Shown here: positions 29,507 through 39,652 of the stretch, piece after piece
How positions within the stretch are numbered: position 1 is the first letter of the stretch
How the letters are laid out: every line of letters starts with the position of its first letter
Virus record (IMG/VR): IMGVR_UViG_3300011113_000784
Location: 1-64,000 of that record
DNA: 64,000 nucleotides
Direction: 5' to 3' (one strand)
From: a virus
Made by a program: the position numbers and the translations under genes
Notes under the pieces: model-generated
What the model was told of the DNA's origin: nothing
Seen by the model: the letters and a program-made list of their open reading frames with translations, nothing else
Databases searched by the model: none

Positions 29507-30448
29507 ATGGCAGACTTTGAATTTGATACTTTAGATATTAATGATATTCGTAAGGAAGCCAGCAAGCTTACTAAGGAACAAGGTGGTGCGAACGATGATT
29601 ATGTTCGCATGCCCGAAAAGGATGGATTCGTTCTTCTTCGTCTTCTCCCCAAGCTTAAGAACAAGCCATTTTTCCATGCAGTCAGGATTCACCGTCTTGG
29701 TGAATATCCGAACGCAAAGACTATATTTTGCTTGAAGAAACAAGTTCAAACCCCAAAGGGTGAGCAATGGCGAACAATTAGTCCTGAAACTGATTGTCCT
29801 ATTTGCAAGCGTTATAACGCTATGTGGGAAAAGTCCAAGAAGATGCCTCCCGCAGCAGCAAAGGATCTTCAGGACGCAGCAAGATCTATTAAGCCAATCG
29901 AACGATATTATTACAATTGCATCGTTCGTTCTCAGATGAATCCTAAGACCAACCAGATTGAAAATAATGTTGGTCCTAAGATTCTGAGTGTCGGCAAGAC
30001 CATTCACAATATTATTTGGGTTTCAATGTCTGGCAATGAGACAACCGGCAAGAAAGGTCTTGGCGATGTTTCGCATTACCAGAATGGGCGGGACTTCAAG
30101 ATCGTAAAAATGGTTAGGGGTGTCAACGGATATCCCAATTATGATCAATCATTTTTTGAAGATCCTTCACCGTTGGGTACAAACGAACAGATCAAGGGTT
30201 GGTTAACCAAATACCATGATCTTGAAGCTATTCCGACATATCTCAATGTTGAGCAAATCGAGGAGGCATTGACCAGCTTTCTTGATGGGGGCGAGTCAAA
30301 CGCACAAGCTCCAGCAGCGGCATCAAAGGCGGCATCACCGAAGGCAGCTGCGCCAAAAGCTCAAGAAAGCATTTTAGATGATGTCGAAGGCTTGATCGAT
30401 GAAGATATCGAAGCACAACTTGGCAACATTGGATTTGGCAAAAAGTAA
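29507..30448 (+). CDS. Single-stranded DNA-binding protein, gp32-like
   Basis: LRLLP, CPIC, GPKILSVGK, GRDFKI, GYPNYDQS, acidic tail. Confidence 0.85.
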   Translation: MADFEFDTLDINDIRKEASKLTKEQGGANDDYVRMPEKDGFVLLRLLPKLKNKPFFHAVRIHRLGEYPNAKTIFCLKKQVQTPKGEQWRTISPETDCPICKRYNAMWEKSKKMPPAAAKDLQDAARSIKPIERYYYNCIVRSQMNPKTNQIENNVGPKILSVGKTIHNIIWVSMSGNETTGKKGLGDVSHYQNGRDFKIVKMVRGVNGYPNYDQSFFEDPSPLGTNEQIKGWLTKYHDLEAIPTYLNVEQIEEALTSFLDGGESNAQAPAAASKAASPKAAAPKAQESILDDVEGLIDEDIEAQLGNIGFGKK

Positions 30449-30471
30449 AATTTGCTGAATCATAAAAAATT

Positions 30472-30503
30472 AAACAGGGGGTTTTTTAGCCTCCTGTTTT
30501 TTT
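30472..30503 (+). terminator. Rho-independent terminator
   Basis: AAACAGGGGG / CCTCCTGTTT stem followed by T run. Confidence 0.75.
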
Positions 30504-30558
30504 ATTTGCTTACTCTATTAATTTGAAAAGCATCGTCGTCTGCAAGGAGTAAGCAAAT
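30504..30558 (+). promoter_or_regulatory. RBS-sequestering inverted repeat before recA
   Basis: ATTTGCTTACTC (30504-30515) / GAGTAAGCAAAT (30547-30558) covers SD and start. Confidence 0.7.
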
Positions 30559-31756
30559 GGCTAAGGCAAAGAAAGACGCTACATCTGATTTGTTCGCTGA
30601 TATCGCCAAGGAAACTGGCGCAGAACTTGTTTCTGAATTAGATCAGGCAAGATATTTTGTTGATACAGGCAATTTTGCGATCAATTATTGTTGTTCTGGA
30701 AAATTCTATGGTGGCGGTATTCCCGGTGGCAGATTAACCGAAATCTATGGTCCATCCGCTTCTAGCAAGAGTTTAATTGGCAGCAACATTCTTGCTGGCG
30801 TTCAGCGTATGGGCGGAATTGGTGTTATTCTCGATACCGAAAATGCTATTAACGGCGAATTTATTCAACAAGCTACAAAGTGTGATATTTCTAAGATTCT
30901 TAGATACACTCCTGAGACTTTAGAAGATTGTTTTGGCACAATGTATCGTGTCATTAACTACATTCGCAAAACTAAAAAAATAGAAGTTCCTGTTTGCATT
31001 GTTTACGACTCAATTTCTGTTTCTCCATCTGCAAGAGAATTTAGGGAAACAAAACTTCCTGAAGGATATTCAAAGGCTGATTTCAAGCGCATTGTTGGTG
31101 CAAATGAGCAGCCGGGCGAAAGAGCTAAGATTTGTTCAAAGGAATTAAGGAAACTCAACACTGAAATGGAGCAGAACGATGTCACAGTTGTGGTCCTCAA
31201 TCAAATTCGTGATAAGATTGGGGTTCTTTACGGTAATCCTGAAACTACTGCTGGCGGTGGACAAGGACTCCCATTTTACGCTTCGCTAAGAATGCGTAGC
31301 CAAACGCAGAAGAAAATTGAGCAAAGCGTTCCCGGTTCAGCTAAGAAGAAGATTCTTGGAATCAACATTAAGATTCAGAACAAGAAGAATAGGTCATATA
31401 GACCATTTGTCGAAGTGGACAATATTCCTCTTTATTTTGATCGAGGAATGAATCCACTGGGTGGTGTGCTTGGTGCTTTATTGGATTCTGGCAGAGTGAT
31501 TGCTGGCGGCGCTGGTAATTTCACAGTGCATCCAGATTACACAGGTGGCAAGGAAGTAAAGTTTAAGTCTTCAATTGAGAGGAATGACATCCCAATGGAT
31601 ATTGCTGAACAATATCCGCAGATTTTGGATGCCAATGAAGAGCAAATGAGGGAATATTTGCAGTTATATGCAGATGTGATAAATTACAAAGTTACGGGAG
31701 AGACTGTAGACGCAGATGAAGAATCTGATGTCGAGGTTGACGATCTTCTTGGCTGA
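30557..31756 (+). CDS. recA: RecA/UvsX recombinase
   Basis: GGIPGGRLTEIYGPSASSKS, DTE, YDS, NQIRDKIGVLYGNPETTAGG-GL-FYAS. Confidence 0.92.
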   Translation: MAKAKKDATSDLFADIAKETGAELVSELDQARYFVDTGNFAINYCCSGKFYGGGIPGGRLTEIYGPSASSKSLIGSNILAGVQRMGGIGVILDTENAINGEFIQQATKCDISKILRYTPETLEDCFGTMYRVINYIRKTKKIEVPVCIVYDSISVSPSAREFRETKLPEGYSKADFKRIVGANEQPGERAKICSKELRKLNTEMEQNDVTVVVLNQIRDKIGVLYGNPETTAGGGQGLPFYASLRMRSQTQKKIEQSVPGSAKKKILGINIKIQNKKNRSYRPFVEVDNIPLYFDRGMNPLGGVLGALLDSGRVIAGGAGNFTVHPDYTGGKEVKFKSSIERNDIPMDIAEQYPQILDANEEQMREYLQLYADVINYKVTGETVDADEESDVEVDDLLG

Positions 31757-31769
31757 TTGAGGATACAAC

Positions 31770-32237
31770 ATGACACCGTCTTATGTCATGCTTAAATGCC
31801 CGGATGGCAAAAAAATAGTGACAAGTTACAACAACTTGTTGTCATTATCTGAGTTTATTGACTGTTTCAACATTAAGGTTGAAAGTTGCAAGACTGACGA
31901 CGCAGACAATGCAGTCAGTCTTGAGGAGATCGCAAATATATTTTGCGACTCCAATTATGTGAAAAATTCTACTATGATTACTGAGGAGACGACAGAATCT
32001 CCTGATAAAAATATGACAAAAGATAAATCTTCTCGTTATATTCGTAACAAAATCAAAGAAACTATTCTTGAGAAGAAGGAAATTTCTTTTTCTCAAATTT
32101 GCAAGATGTTTTCTAGTTTTAATTATTCTATTCCGGGTTTAAACAATAATTTTAAATTGGCAAGACAAGAGCTTGAATCAGATGGCTATAACTGCGTTCG
32201 TTTAAAAAGAGGTGTCTATAGATTGGAAGGCAGATAA
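31770..32237 (+). CDS. Hypothetical protein, possible C-terminal winged helix
   Basis: Ends ..VRLKRGVYRL. Confidence 0.55.
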   Translation: MTPSYVMLKCPDGKKIVTSYNNLLSLSEFIDCFNIKVESCKTDDADNAVSLEEIANIFCDSNYVKNSTMITEETTESPDKNMTKDKSSRYIRNKIKETILEKKEISFSQICKMFSSFNYSIPGLNNNFKLARQELESDGYNCVRLKRGVYRLEGR

Positions 32238-32726
32238 ATGAATGAGCAAATAATCGTCAACCGTGTAAACGGCTTAAAAGAAGCTGTCAAATATGGAAGG
32301 TTGATGGGATATGTGCTACAAGATTATTCAAATTTAAAAGGAAATCCCGATCTAGAGTTGGCAACAAAAGAATTTAAAACATGGTTGTTTAACATCGACG
32401 GATACGATGTTCAATTTTATTTCAATAGTGTTAAAACTGATTATTTTGAAGAAGAAATCAATATAATTGAAACATTACAAATATGGTCTGAAGATTTATT
32501 TTTTTTACCTATTTCTGTTGCAATAAAAGTTGCTATTGCTTTTTTCGGTTCTAATAATATAATTTTAACTCAAATACTCACGCCTAATAAATTTATATAT
32601 TGTTGGAATAAAATGTATTCAGAAAATGGAGAAAGTTTAACTCCTAACAATCGAACTTGTATAATAAAGAATTTTTCAAAGTATAGTTATTATTTGATAA
32701 AAGATGTTCCATCATTTATAGAATAA
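32238..32726 (+). CDS. Hypothetical protein
   Basis: Abuts the previous gene. Confidence 0.65.
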   Translation: MNEQIIVNRVNGLKEAVKYGRLMGYVLQDYSNLKGNPDLELATKEFKTWLFNIDGYDVQFYFNSVKTDYFEEEINIIETLQIWSEDLFFLPISVAIKVAIAFFGSNNIILTQILTPNKFIYCWNKMYSENGESLTPNNRTCIIKNFSKYSYYLIKDVPSFIE

Positions 32727-32784
32727 GTGGCTATTTAATAAATATTTATATTCCTCTGGAGCAGCAATAACATGCTGAAACATT

Positions 32785-33099
32785 ATGACAAATCAAAAGC
32801 CATCAACCAGCAGGATTCAGGCATCTCTTATAAAACATTTGGAAAAATACGGGTCAATTCAATTACAATTGCCCGATAATTTTGTTGTAGAGATAGGAAT
32901 TACTAATGAAGATGATGCAGGGAATATTAAAAAATCTGAAAATTATTGCTATGTAATTGTTAAAAATGATCTTAGAGCAACAGTGATTGATAAATATAAT
33001 ATTGGTATCCGTTGTGAAGACAATGATAAAGCAGTTATTCTAGATGATAAATTTGTTGACAATGATGGTAATAAAGTTCGTTCTATAAATGTTGTTTAA
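32785..33099 (+). CDS. Hypothetical protein
   Basis: 104-aa ORF. Confidence 0.65.
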   Translation: MTNQKPSTSRIQASLIKHLEKYGSIQLQLPDNFVVEIGITNEDDAGNIKKSENYCYVIVKNDLRATVIDKYNIGIRCEDNDKAVILDDKFVDNDGNKVRSINVV

Positions 33100-33122
33100 T
33101 AACTAATTTAATTAGGGTATCA

Positions 33123-33404
33123 ATGTTATTTGAGGATTTGATTGTGAAAAAGATTCCTTCTTTTTTTGTTAAGATGAGTGATTATGATTTAACATACCTT
33201 TATACAAGGTTGTTACATCGTTATCAAGATGATTTGGTTCAAGCTTTTGATTTGATTGGAAAGAAATTTTTAGAAATTAATGAGTATTTAACAAATGTAG
33301 ATTGCTCATCTGATTTCCATTCTAACTTGGAAGATTTTACTGTGTTAGTTTTTAATGAGGTCAAACGCCGAAAAATAGCAGACCCTGTTCTAAACCCGTC
33401 TTAA
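33123..33404 (+). CDS. Hypothetical protein
   Basis: 93-aa ORF followed by a terminator. Confidence 0.65.
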   Translation: MLFEDLIVKKIPSFFVKMSDYDLTYLYTRLLHRYQDDLVQAFDLIGKKFLEINEYLTNVDCSSDFHSNLEDFTVLVFNEVKRRKIADPVLNPS

Positions 33405-33429
33405 GGGGGTGATTTCAAGGGTTGGAACT

Positions 33430-33461
33430 GTAACCCACCAGAAATGGTGGGTTACTTTTTT
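33430..33461 (+). terminator. Rho-independent terminator
   Basis: GTAACCCACCA-GAAA-TGGTGGGTTAC followed by T run. Confidence 0.9.
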
Positions 33462-33501
33462 ATTTTATACAAATATATAAAATTCAAACATAATTATAAT
33501 T

Positions 33502-34362
33502 ATGACAATTGATGAGATTGAAAAATTATTTGTTATTTATTTGTGGAGAAAACCTCATAAAGGCGATATAGAATATCATATTCATAAAAATCCAAATGAT
33601 TTTAGAAAAGAAATAGAAAATTGCTCTGAAAGAAAACAACTTGTATCTGGACCTAGAATAATAAACAAAAACAATTATCCTGATAATAAACCAATTGATG
33701 AAAATGAAGTTAAAATAATAATTGGAAGTAATGAAAATTTTTATAAAAAAACAATTCCAGTGATAGTGCCATCTTTATTGATGGCTGGAATAAAAAGAAG
33801 CAACATAATAGTTTTCATAGCAGGCAGTCATGTGAAATATCAAGAAATTATTGGTGATATTAATTTCAGATTTCTTAATCATAATTCTTTTGAAAATTCT
33901 GCTTTAATTGATATTGTAGAATCTGATCTAACAAGTAAATTTTGGTTTTTTATTCATGATACATGTAAAGTTGGAAAAAATTTTAAAAATATTATGCTTG
34001 ATATTCCTACCCATATTGAAAAAGTAGCTTTACGAAGTTTTCCATCTATGTCAATAGGTTTATACTCACATGAATATTTGTTAAAACATAAAGATGAGAT
34101 AATGAAAACAAAAAACACAATTTATGATTACGATGTTTTGGTTGAAAGGAAATTGTGGGGAATACCTAATGAAGATTTATTTTTGTGGCTAATTGAACCA
34201 GAAAAAACATATTGTTATAATTTCGGCAATTGTCGCATTATAGATAACAATAATTGGTATGGAGAAAAAACAAAAAGATTCACAGAATATTATCCAGATC
34301 TTGATTTATACAAGAATAAATCAAATTGGCATTCTTACTTTGGCAAAAACTTGGAATTATAA
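33502..34362 (+). CDS. Hypothetical protein, possibly GT-A-like
   Basis: WFFIHDT motif; very AT-rich. Confidence 0.45.
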   Translation: MTIDEIEKLFVIYLWRKPHKGDIEYHIHKNPNDFRKEIENCSERKQLVSGPRIINKNNYPDNKPIDENEVKIIIGSNENFYKKTIPVIVPSLLMAGIKRSNIIVFIAGSHVKYQEIIGDINFRFLNHNSFENSALIDIVESDLTSKFWFFIHDTCKVGKNFKNIMLDIPTHIEKVALRSFPSMSIGLYSHEYLLKHKDEIMKTKNTIYDYDVLVERKLWGIPNEDLFLWLIEPEKTYCYNFGNCRIIDNNNWYGEKTKRFTEYYPDLDLYKNKSNWHSYFGKNLEL

Positions 34363-34413
34363 AATTCAACAAGTTAGTTCAAATTTGACAGGCAATTTAT
34401 AATACATATAATA

Positions 34414-36201
34414 ATGGACATGATAACTTTGACTGAAGAAACCGAAGAAAAGGATTCTTCTTTATTTTCATATTACAAATATCCCTTTGAAAAATTCAAT
34501 GTTGTTCAAAGCACTGTCTTAGAACATTATCAAACTCCTAATAATTTTATTATCGCTTCTGCCACCAACAGTGGAAAAACTGTCATGGCAGAGTTTTTCT
34601 TGTTCGACGCTTTAACTGCAAAGAATAAAAAAGCCATTTATTTGTGTCCTCTTAAGTCTCTTGCAGCTGAAAAGCATACTGCTTGGTCAGATGAGTCTCA
34701 TCCATTCCACAAAAGCAAAATCAGACTTATGGCAGGAGATGAAGAAAAGACACATACCGGCAATCTTATTGTCGCAACTATTGAAAGTTTTTGTCACAAG
34801 GTCAGAACAGAACCAAATTGCTTTGATGATGTGGAAGTCATCATTGTAGATGAAGCCCACATGCTTGGCACTGATGATCGTGGTGCTACACTTGAGTTTG
34901 CTCTAACAGAATTTGCTAGAAAGAATAGTGCCAAGATTGTGTTCTTAAGCGGCACATTGCCAAATGCTAATCAAATAGCAGAATGGCTATCTGTCCTCAA
35001 TAAAAGAAAAACAATGGTTCTTAATTCCACATATAGGGCTGTTCCTCTCAATATTCATTATCGAAGATATGACACTTCCTTGAATCAAGGAACTAATCCT
35101 ATTGATATGTTTGATTCGATAATCAAAATTTGTGATAAGAACAGTTCAGACAAAATACTTGTTTTTGTTCATTCTAAAAATTTGGGGAAAAGGTTGGTTA
35201 AATACATTGGCGAAAGAGGCTTAGAAGCAAAGTTTCATTCCGCCGATCTTGTTGCTTCTAAAAGAAAGGCGCTTGAGAAGGAATTCAAAGAAGGCTCTCT
35301 CCGATTACTTGTTGCAACAAGCACTCTTGCTGCGGGCGTGAATCTTCCTGCCAGAAGGGTAATTATTGCTGGTGTTGTGAGAGGAAATCAATTAGTAGAA
35401 AAGTCTGAAATATTTCAGATGATTGGTCGTAGTGGCAGAAAAGGAATTGATGAACAGGGCGATGCTTATATCTTTTTTCCTGACAACAAAATCACTTTGG
35501 TAAATGAATACAAAAAGGTTGATAATGTTGTTTCAAAGTTATTTATAACAAATGATGATCTTGAATATCATAAGCTTGCTGGTCACATTCTTTCTTTAAT
35601 CTATTTAGAGAAAAAACTTAGCTTTAATAAGATATGGAATGTTTTAAACAATACATTTGGTGCTTGCTCTGGCAAGATGAAATCTGATTACTTGCAGAAC
35701 ACATTAGATCGATTAGTATCAATGAAATTCATTGAACTTATAAATGATGATTACAAGATAAGAAAGCTAGGAATTCCAAGCGTATTGTTTTTCATTGACC
35801 CCTATGACATGAATGTTTGGGTTAAAAGTTTTTCTCGTTATTTTGCTGGATCTTTGAGAAAAGACTCTTTAGTCACTTATTATCTTTCGTTGATACCATC
35901 TAATACAAAATCATTTATTACAGAAGAAGAGAAATTGTTCTGTCGTCAATATTCTGACAGGCTTCGTGAGTTGCTTGGAAACAATTTTATTGAAACTTCT
36001 GCAATAAAATATGGTTATCTTTATTATTGCCTATTAAACAATAGATCTACAGCAATGTTGTCTCCTTTGATTCCTGCTGCGGCTAAGGATTTTGGCAGGA
36101 TTTGTGCTTGTTTAAACATGCTTTCCAAGATTTGTCAATGGAAGTGCGAAAACAATTTCTTCACAGATCTTAAGGAAAGATTTCATCGCAAAAAAGTTTA
36201 A
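34414..36201 (+). CDS. Ski2/Hel308-like SF2 helicase
   Basis: FNVVQ, ATNSGKT, PLKSLA-EK, DEAH..DRGATLE, ATSTLAAGVNLPARRVII, QMIGRSGR. Confidence 0.9.
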   Translation: MDMITLTEETEEKDSSLFSYYKYPFEKFNVVQSTVLEHYQTPNNFIIASATNSGKTVMAEFFLFDALTAKNKKAIYLCPLKSLAAEKHTAWSDESHPFHKSKIRLMAGDEEKTHTGNLIVATIESFCHKVRTEPNCFDDVEVIIVDEAHMLGTDDRGATLEFALTEFARKNSAKIVFLSGTLPNANQIAEWLSVLNKRKTMVLNSTYRAVPLNIHYRRYDTSLNQGTNPIDMFDSIIKICDKNSSDKILVFVHSKNLGKRLVKYIGERGLEAKFHSADLVASKRKALEKEFKEGSLRLLVATSTLAAGVNLPARRVIIAGVVRGNQLVEKSEIFQMIGRSGRKGIDEQGDAYIFFPDNKITLVNEYKKVDNVVSKLFITNDDLEYHKLAGHILSLIYLEKKLSFNKIWNVLNNTFGACSGKMKSDYLQNTLDRLVSMKFIELINDDYKIRKLGIPSVLFFIDPYDMNVWVKSFSRYFAGSLRKDSLVTYYLSLIPSNTKSFITEEEKLFCRQYSDRLRELLGNNFIETSAIKYGYLYYCLLNNRSTAMLSPLIPAAAKDFGRICACLNMLSKICQWKCENNFFTDLKERFHRKKV

Positions 36202-36238
36202 TCATGCTCCTTTAGTTAAAGGCTTTTAGGAGCAATTT

Positions 36239-36862
36239 ATGTCAGCAGAAAAGTTTTACACAGGAAAATTGGTAAAGCCCAAGCTGATTAAGTTCACCCA
36301 TGAAAATTCAGAAAAAATTGCTTATAAAGTTTGTATAGAAGCAGATGAATATAATCTTTGTGTAGAAAGTGCCCGTAATATGTGGGCTAATAAGAAAAAA
36401 GGATCATATGGTAAAGGATTGGTTAATACCGAAGATGATCCCTATCGTACAGAAAGAACGGGAAAACTTGGAGAAATGGCTTTTTCTAAGATATTTCAAT
36501 TTCCTGTAGATCTCACCTATCGTGAAGGTGGAGATGACCAAGACTTTCTTTGTAATGGAAAGAAGATCAACATCAAAACCAGTACGAAGAAACCTTGGTA
36601 TGCCGCTGGCTTGGTCACTGCTGGACATTATCGAGGACAAGACTTTGTGCCTTTAGAAATCAAACATGATTATTATGTGTTTGGTTATATCGAAATGGAA
36701 GACAAAAAAGCCAACATCGCTTCAGTTGTGTTTGTTGGAGGTTGTGATAAAAACACATTAATCAATAGAGAAATTAAAAGAGCGATTAAAGGGCATCACA
36801 TGAACTATCAGATTTCTTATTCTGAATTAACAGACATTAATAAGATTTCTTTTAATCAGTAG
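36239..36862 (+). CDS. Putative PD-(D/E)XK nuclease-fold protein
   Basis: GKLGEMAF..GGDDQDF..INIKTS. Confidence 0.5.
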   Translation: MSAEKFYTGKLVKPKLIKFTHENSEKIAYKVCIEADEYNLCVESARNMWANKKKGSYGKGLVNTEDDPYRTERTGKLGEMAFSKIFQFPVDLTYREGGDDQDFLCNGKKINIKTSTKKPWYAAGLVTAGHYRGQDFVPLEIKHDYYVFGYIEMEDKKANIASVVFVGGCDKNTLINREIKRAIKGHHMNYQISYSELTDINKISFNQ

Positions 36863-37091
36863 GTTTTCCGAAAAAGTTTTCTGGATATTCCATTTTAACT
36901 ACTTTTTCGCCTTTGACTTCTTCTTCCCAAAAGCGTACCTGCTCCACAGGTACGCCTAGTTCAATATAATGACAATTGTCGTTTGCGTTAACTGGCATGT
37001 TAACATTTTTGCCTTCATATAATATGTTTACTTTGCAAGTTTTATTGTTTTTGTCGAAACAAAAACAATTTTTGCATTTTTTGTTATTCAT
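36852..37091 (-). CDS. Small Cys-rich protein
   Basis: CKNCFCF..CKV..NCH. Confidence 0.65.
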   Translation of the reverse strand: MNNKKCKNCFCFDKNNKTCKVNILYEGKNVNMPVNANDNCHYIELGVPVEQVRFWEEEVKGEKVVKMEYPENFFGKPTD

Positions 37092-37096
37092 GACTA

Positions 37097-37119
37097 GTGT
37101 AGTCTGAGTACACGCTTCT
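37097..37119 (-). repeat. Solitary CRISPR repeat handle AGAAGCGTGTACTCAGACTACAC in a 5' UTR
   Basis: 17/23 identity, same length, compensatory C-G to A-T stem pair; 5 nt before ATG 37091. Confidence 0.75.
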
Positions 37120-37167
37120 CATTTATTTATGATAGTGTGTCAAAGTAAAAAGTCAAAGGGTTTCAAC

Positions 37168-37815
37168 ATGAAGAACATCATTATTGGTTTGTTCGGACAA
37201 GCAGCTTGTGGCAAAGACACGATTGCTAACATTTTGACACCAAGGCTTTGGCAATATATTGATTATGAAAAGCCATTAGTTAGAAAAGTAGCTTTTGCAT
37301 ACAATGTCAAAAAAATATTTTGCGATTATTTCGATGTTGACATGGATTTTATTGAGCAATGGAAAAGGAATCCAGAACCACCTCCCGGTTTTTTGATGAA
37401 TGTTAGGCAATCACTTCAGATGATTGGTGATGGATTCAGAAAGATCAAAAGTTCTATATGGATTGATAAAGTGATCGACAAAGTAGCAAATGTTGTCATC
37501 ACAGATGGTCGCTATCTTAACGAAGCAAATACTATTAAACAAAAAGGTGGAATAAATATTTTAGTTAATCGCCCTTCACATAGAAATAATGACCAAAATG
37601 ATAGCGAAAAGATTATGGGAGAAGTATCGGAATATTTTACAACCAAGAATGTTTGCGGATATTTAGTTAGTGAAAAATATCCAATGTTTGATTACTGTTT
37701 GAACAATAATGGAGACATACAAGACCTTGAAAAAAAGGTTGTCAACAGCTTGATTCCTTTTATTATTAAAAAATTTGAATTAGAAGAGGTTTTACTTGTG
37801 GAAAAGGGCAAGTAA
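37168..37815 (+). CDS. Deoxynucleoside monophosphate kinase (T4 gp1-like)
   Basis: IIGLFGQAACGKDT, FA..K, RQSLQMIG, ITDGRYLNE. Confidence 0.85.
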   Translation: MKNIIIGLFGQAACGKDTIANILTPRLWQYIDYEKPLVRKVAFAYNVKKIFCDYFDVDMDFIEQWKRNPEPPPGFLMNVRQSLQMIGDGFRKIKSSIWIDKVIDKVANVVITDGRYLNEANTIKQKGGINILVNRPSHRNNDQNDSEKIMGEVSEYFTTKNVCGYLVSEKYPMFDYCLNNNGDIQDLEKKVVNSLIPFIIKKFELEEVLLVEKGK

Positions 37816-38439
37816 TTATTTTAACTTTTTCAAAGCGTTTTCAGTCATGACGATGAATTCCCAATTTCTTTTTTTGCAGTAGATATTTGCTGCTTTCCAT
37901 TTGGCAATGTTTTTATCCCATTTTGTTTGTGATTTAGGTTTTATTTCCCACAATTCTATTTTACCGTCAACATATTCTACTAATATATCAGGAATATAAT
38001 TGTGTGTTCCTCCATTGAAGGAATATTCTATTTGTAAGCTTTCAGCTTTGTATCTTTTTACTTTTTTGTTCTTTTCTAAATGTTTTATGAATTTAAGTTC
38101 TAAGCCGCTTCGAAAAAAGATATCGCAATGGTTTTTTTCTGAATAGAAATTTCCTTGCTTAAATTTAGTGATCTTTTTGCCAGTCTTTTTTCCTTTTTTT
38201 TTTATATCACGAATGATAAGCGCCCTTGTTTGGGTTCCGGGCGGGATGACTTCGCTTATGTGTTTGGAACGGTAATGAGCAATTAAATCTCTTGTGGGTA
38301 TTTCACAAGAAGGACAAATAACATAATCATCGCCTTCTTTATGTTCGGTGACAATATGTGCCCTGAGAAGATCTAATTGATCGTAACTTTGTTCACAAAC
38401 GAAACAACAATAGTTTCTATTTAGAATTTTTTTGTCCAT
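37816..38439 (-). CDS. Head-completion gp4/TnsA-like endonuclease with two N-terminal C2H2 zinc fingers
   Basis: CFVC..LRAHIVTEH, CPSC..HYRSKH; FRSGLE, YIPDILV, EIKP, KWKAA..WEFIVMTE. Confidence 0.8.
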   Translation of the reverse strand: MDKKILNRNYCCFVCEQSYDQLDLLRAHIVTEHKEGDDYVICPSCEIPTRDLIAHYRSKHISEVIPPGTQTRALIIRDIKKKGKKTGKKITKFKQGNFYSEKNHCDIFFRSGLELKFIKHLEKNKKVKRYKAESLQIEYSFNGGTHNYIPDILVEYVDGKIELWEIKPKSQTKWDKNIAKWKAANIYCKKRNWEFIVMTENALKKLK

Positions 38440-38457
38440 GTAATAATATATATTTCT

Positions 38458-38823
38458 GTGAAAACTTTTATCCAATATATTACCGAAGAAAGAAAGAATT
38501 CAGACTTTATGACAAGTTTGAATCTTTTGAACATTGATCCTAAAACAGCGGAAAAAGCTATTGAAAAAGTACCTTCTGTATTTTCACAAGCTATTTATGG
38601 TGATGATGAAATTGGCACTTCCGTTTTTGATGTGAAAAAAGTTGGTAAAAACTACATCATGAAAAACAGAAATGTTTTTGGTAATTTAACTTATAAAAAT
38701 CATGTTCCATCAAAATTGAAAATTAACACAATAGTAACGCCAACTTTTGTTGATTATTTGAAAAACCAAGGAATTGTTGGCGCTGAAAAATATAATGATT
38801 TTTTAAAAGGTAAGAAAGCATGA
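38458..38823 (+). CDS. Hypothetical protein with capsid-targeting-like N-terminus
   Basis: MKTFIQYITEE. Confidence 0.7.
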   Translation: MKTFIQYITEERKNSDFMTSLNLLNIDPKTAEKAIEKVPSVFSQAIYGDDEIGTSVFDVKKVGKNYIMKNRNVFGNLTYKNHVPSKLKINTIVTPTFVDYLKNQGIVGAEKYNDFLKGKKA

Positions 38824-39032
38824 CAGGGTTTAAAAAATGGTTACAGGTGGATGAAGTGGCTACTAGCACAGCAGATGTAGCTCATTTTGCTATGCCTATC
38901 GGTGCTGGCATGATAACCAGAAAATTCCCTCAGTTTTTTAGTGTTGGACAATATGGATTTGGCGGACCTCTTCAACAATTGACCGATACGGATTATGTCA
39001 AACCAAAGAAAAAGAAGAAAGGCAATTCATGA
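38820..39032 (+). CDS. Small protein with capsid-targeting-like N-terminus
   Basis: MTGFKKWLQVDE, basic C-terminus; ATGA overlaps. Confidence 0.65.
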   Translation: MTGFKKWLQVDEVATSTADVAHFAMPIGAGMITRKFPQFFSVGQYGFGGPLQQLTDTDYVKPKKKKKGNS

Positions 39033-39652
39033 GAAGTTTTATTGATTTTATAGAAGATAAAGACATTAATCAAATTTCTGAAGAAATTTTGCATCATTTG
39101 GCTTATCAGAGCAATTTTGTTAACATTTACAATGTTCTTGAAGAGATATTTGTCGCCCAATATGGCGAAAAGAACAAAATACATATTGTTGAAGCATTTG
39201 AAAATCAGCCATCTGCTGCTTCACAAATGGGTCGTGGTGCCCTTGGTTTAGGAAAAGCTGCTTTAGGCGGTCTTGGCGCTGGTATTGGCGGTTTTGCAGG
39301 CGGTATCGCAGGCGGCATAGGTGGTGCCCTTGGTGGCGCTTATAGAGGTATGTTTGGCGGTAAAAGCCAACCAGAATCAAAAGGAGGAGTAGCCGCAGGA
39401 GCCGCACCCGGTATGCGTATGGCAAAAGCTGGTATAGAACAAGCTAAAAAATCATGGCAAAAACTTGGTATGCAAGAAATGATTGGAAAGTATAGAATTG
39501 CTGCTAAAGCTTTGTCAGATTATCAAATGGCTTTGAAGAACATGCCAAATATAGAAGGATTGAGAAAGCAAATAATTGATTTAAAAAATCAACTTGTTTA
39601 TGTGACAAGCAATATTGAACAATCACTCAAAAAACAAGGTCTTTTAGATTAA
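39029..39652 (+). CDS. Glycine-zipper protein, possible internal/ejection protein
   Basis: MRSFIDFIE; GxxxG repeats. Confidence 0.7.
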   Translation: MRSFIDFIEDKDINQISEEILHHLAYQSNFVNIYNVLEEIFVAQYGEKNKIHIVEAFENQPSAASQMGRGALGLGKAALGGLGAGIGGFAGGIAGGIGGALGGAYRGMFGGKSQPESKGGVAAGAAPGMRMAKAGIEQAKKSWQKLGMQEMIGKYRIAAKALSDYQMALKNMPNIEGLRKQIIDLKNQLVYVTSNIEQSLKKQGLLD

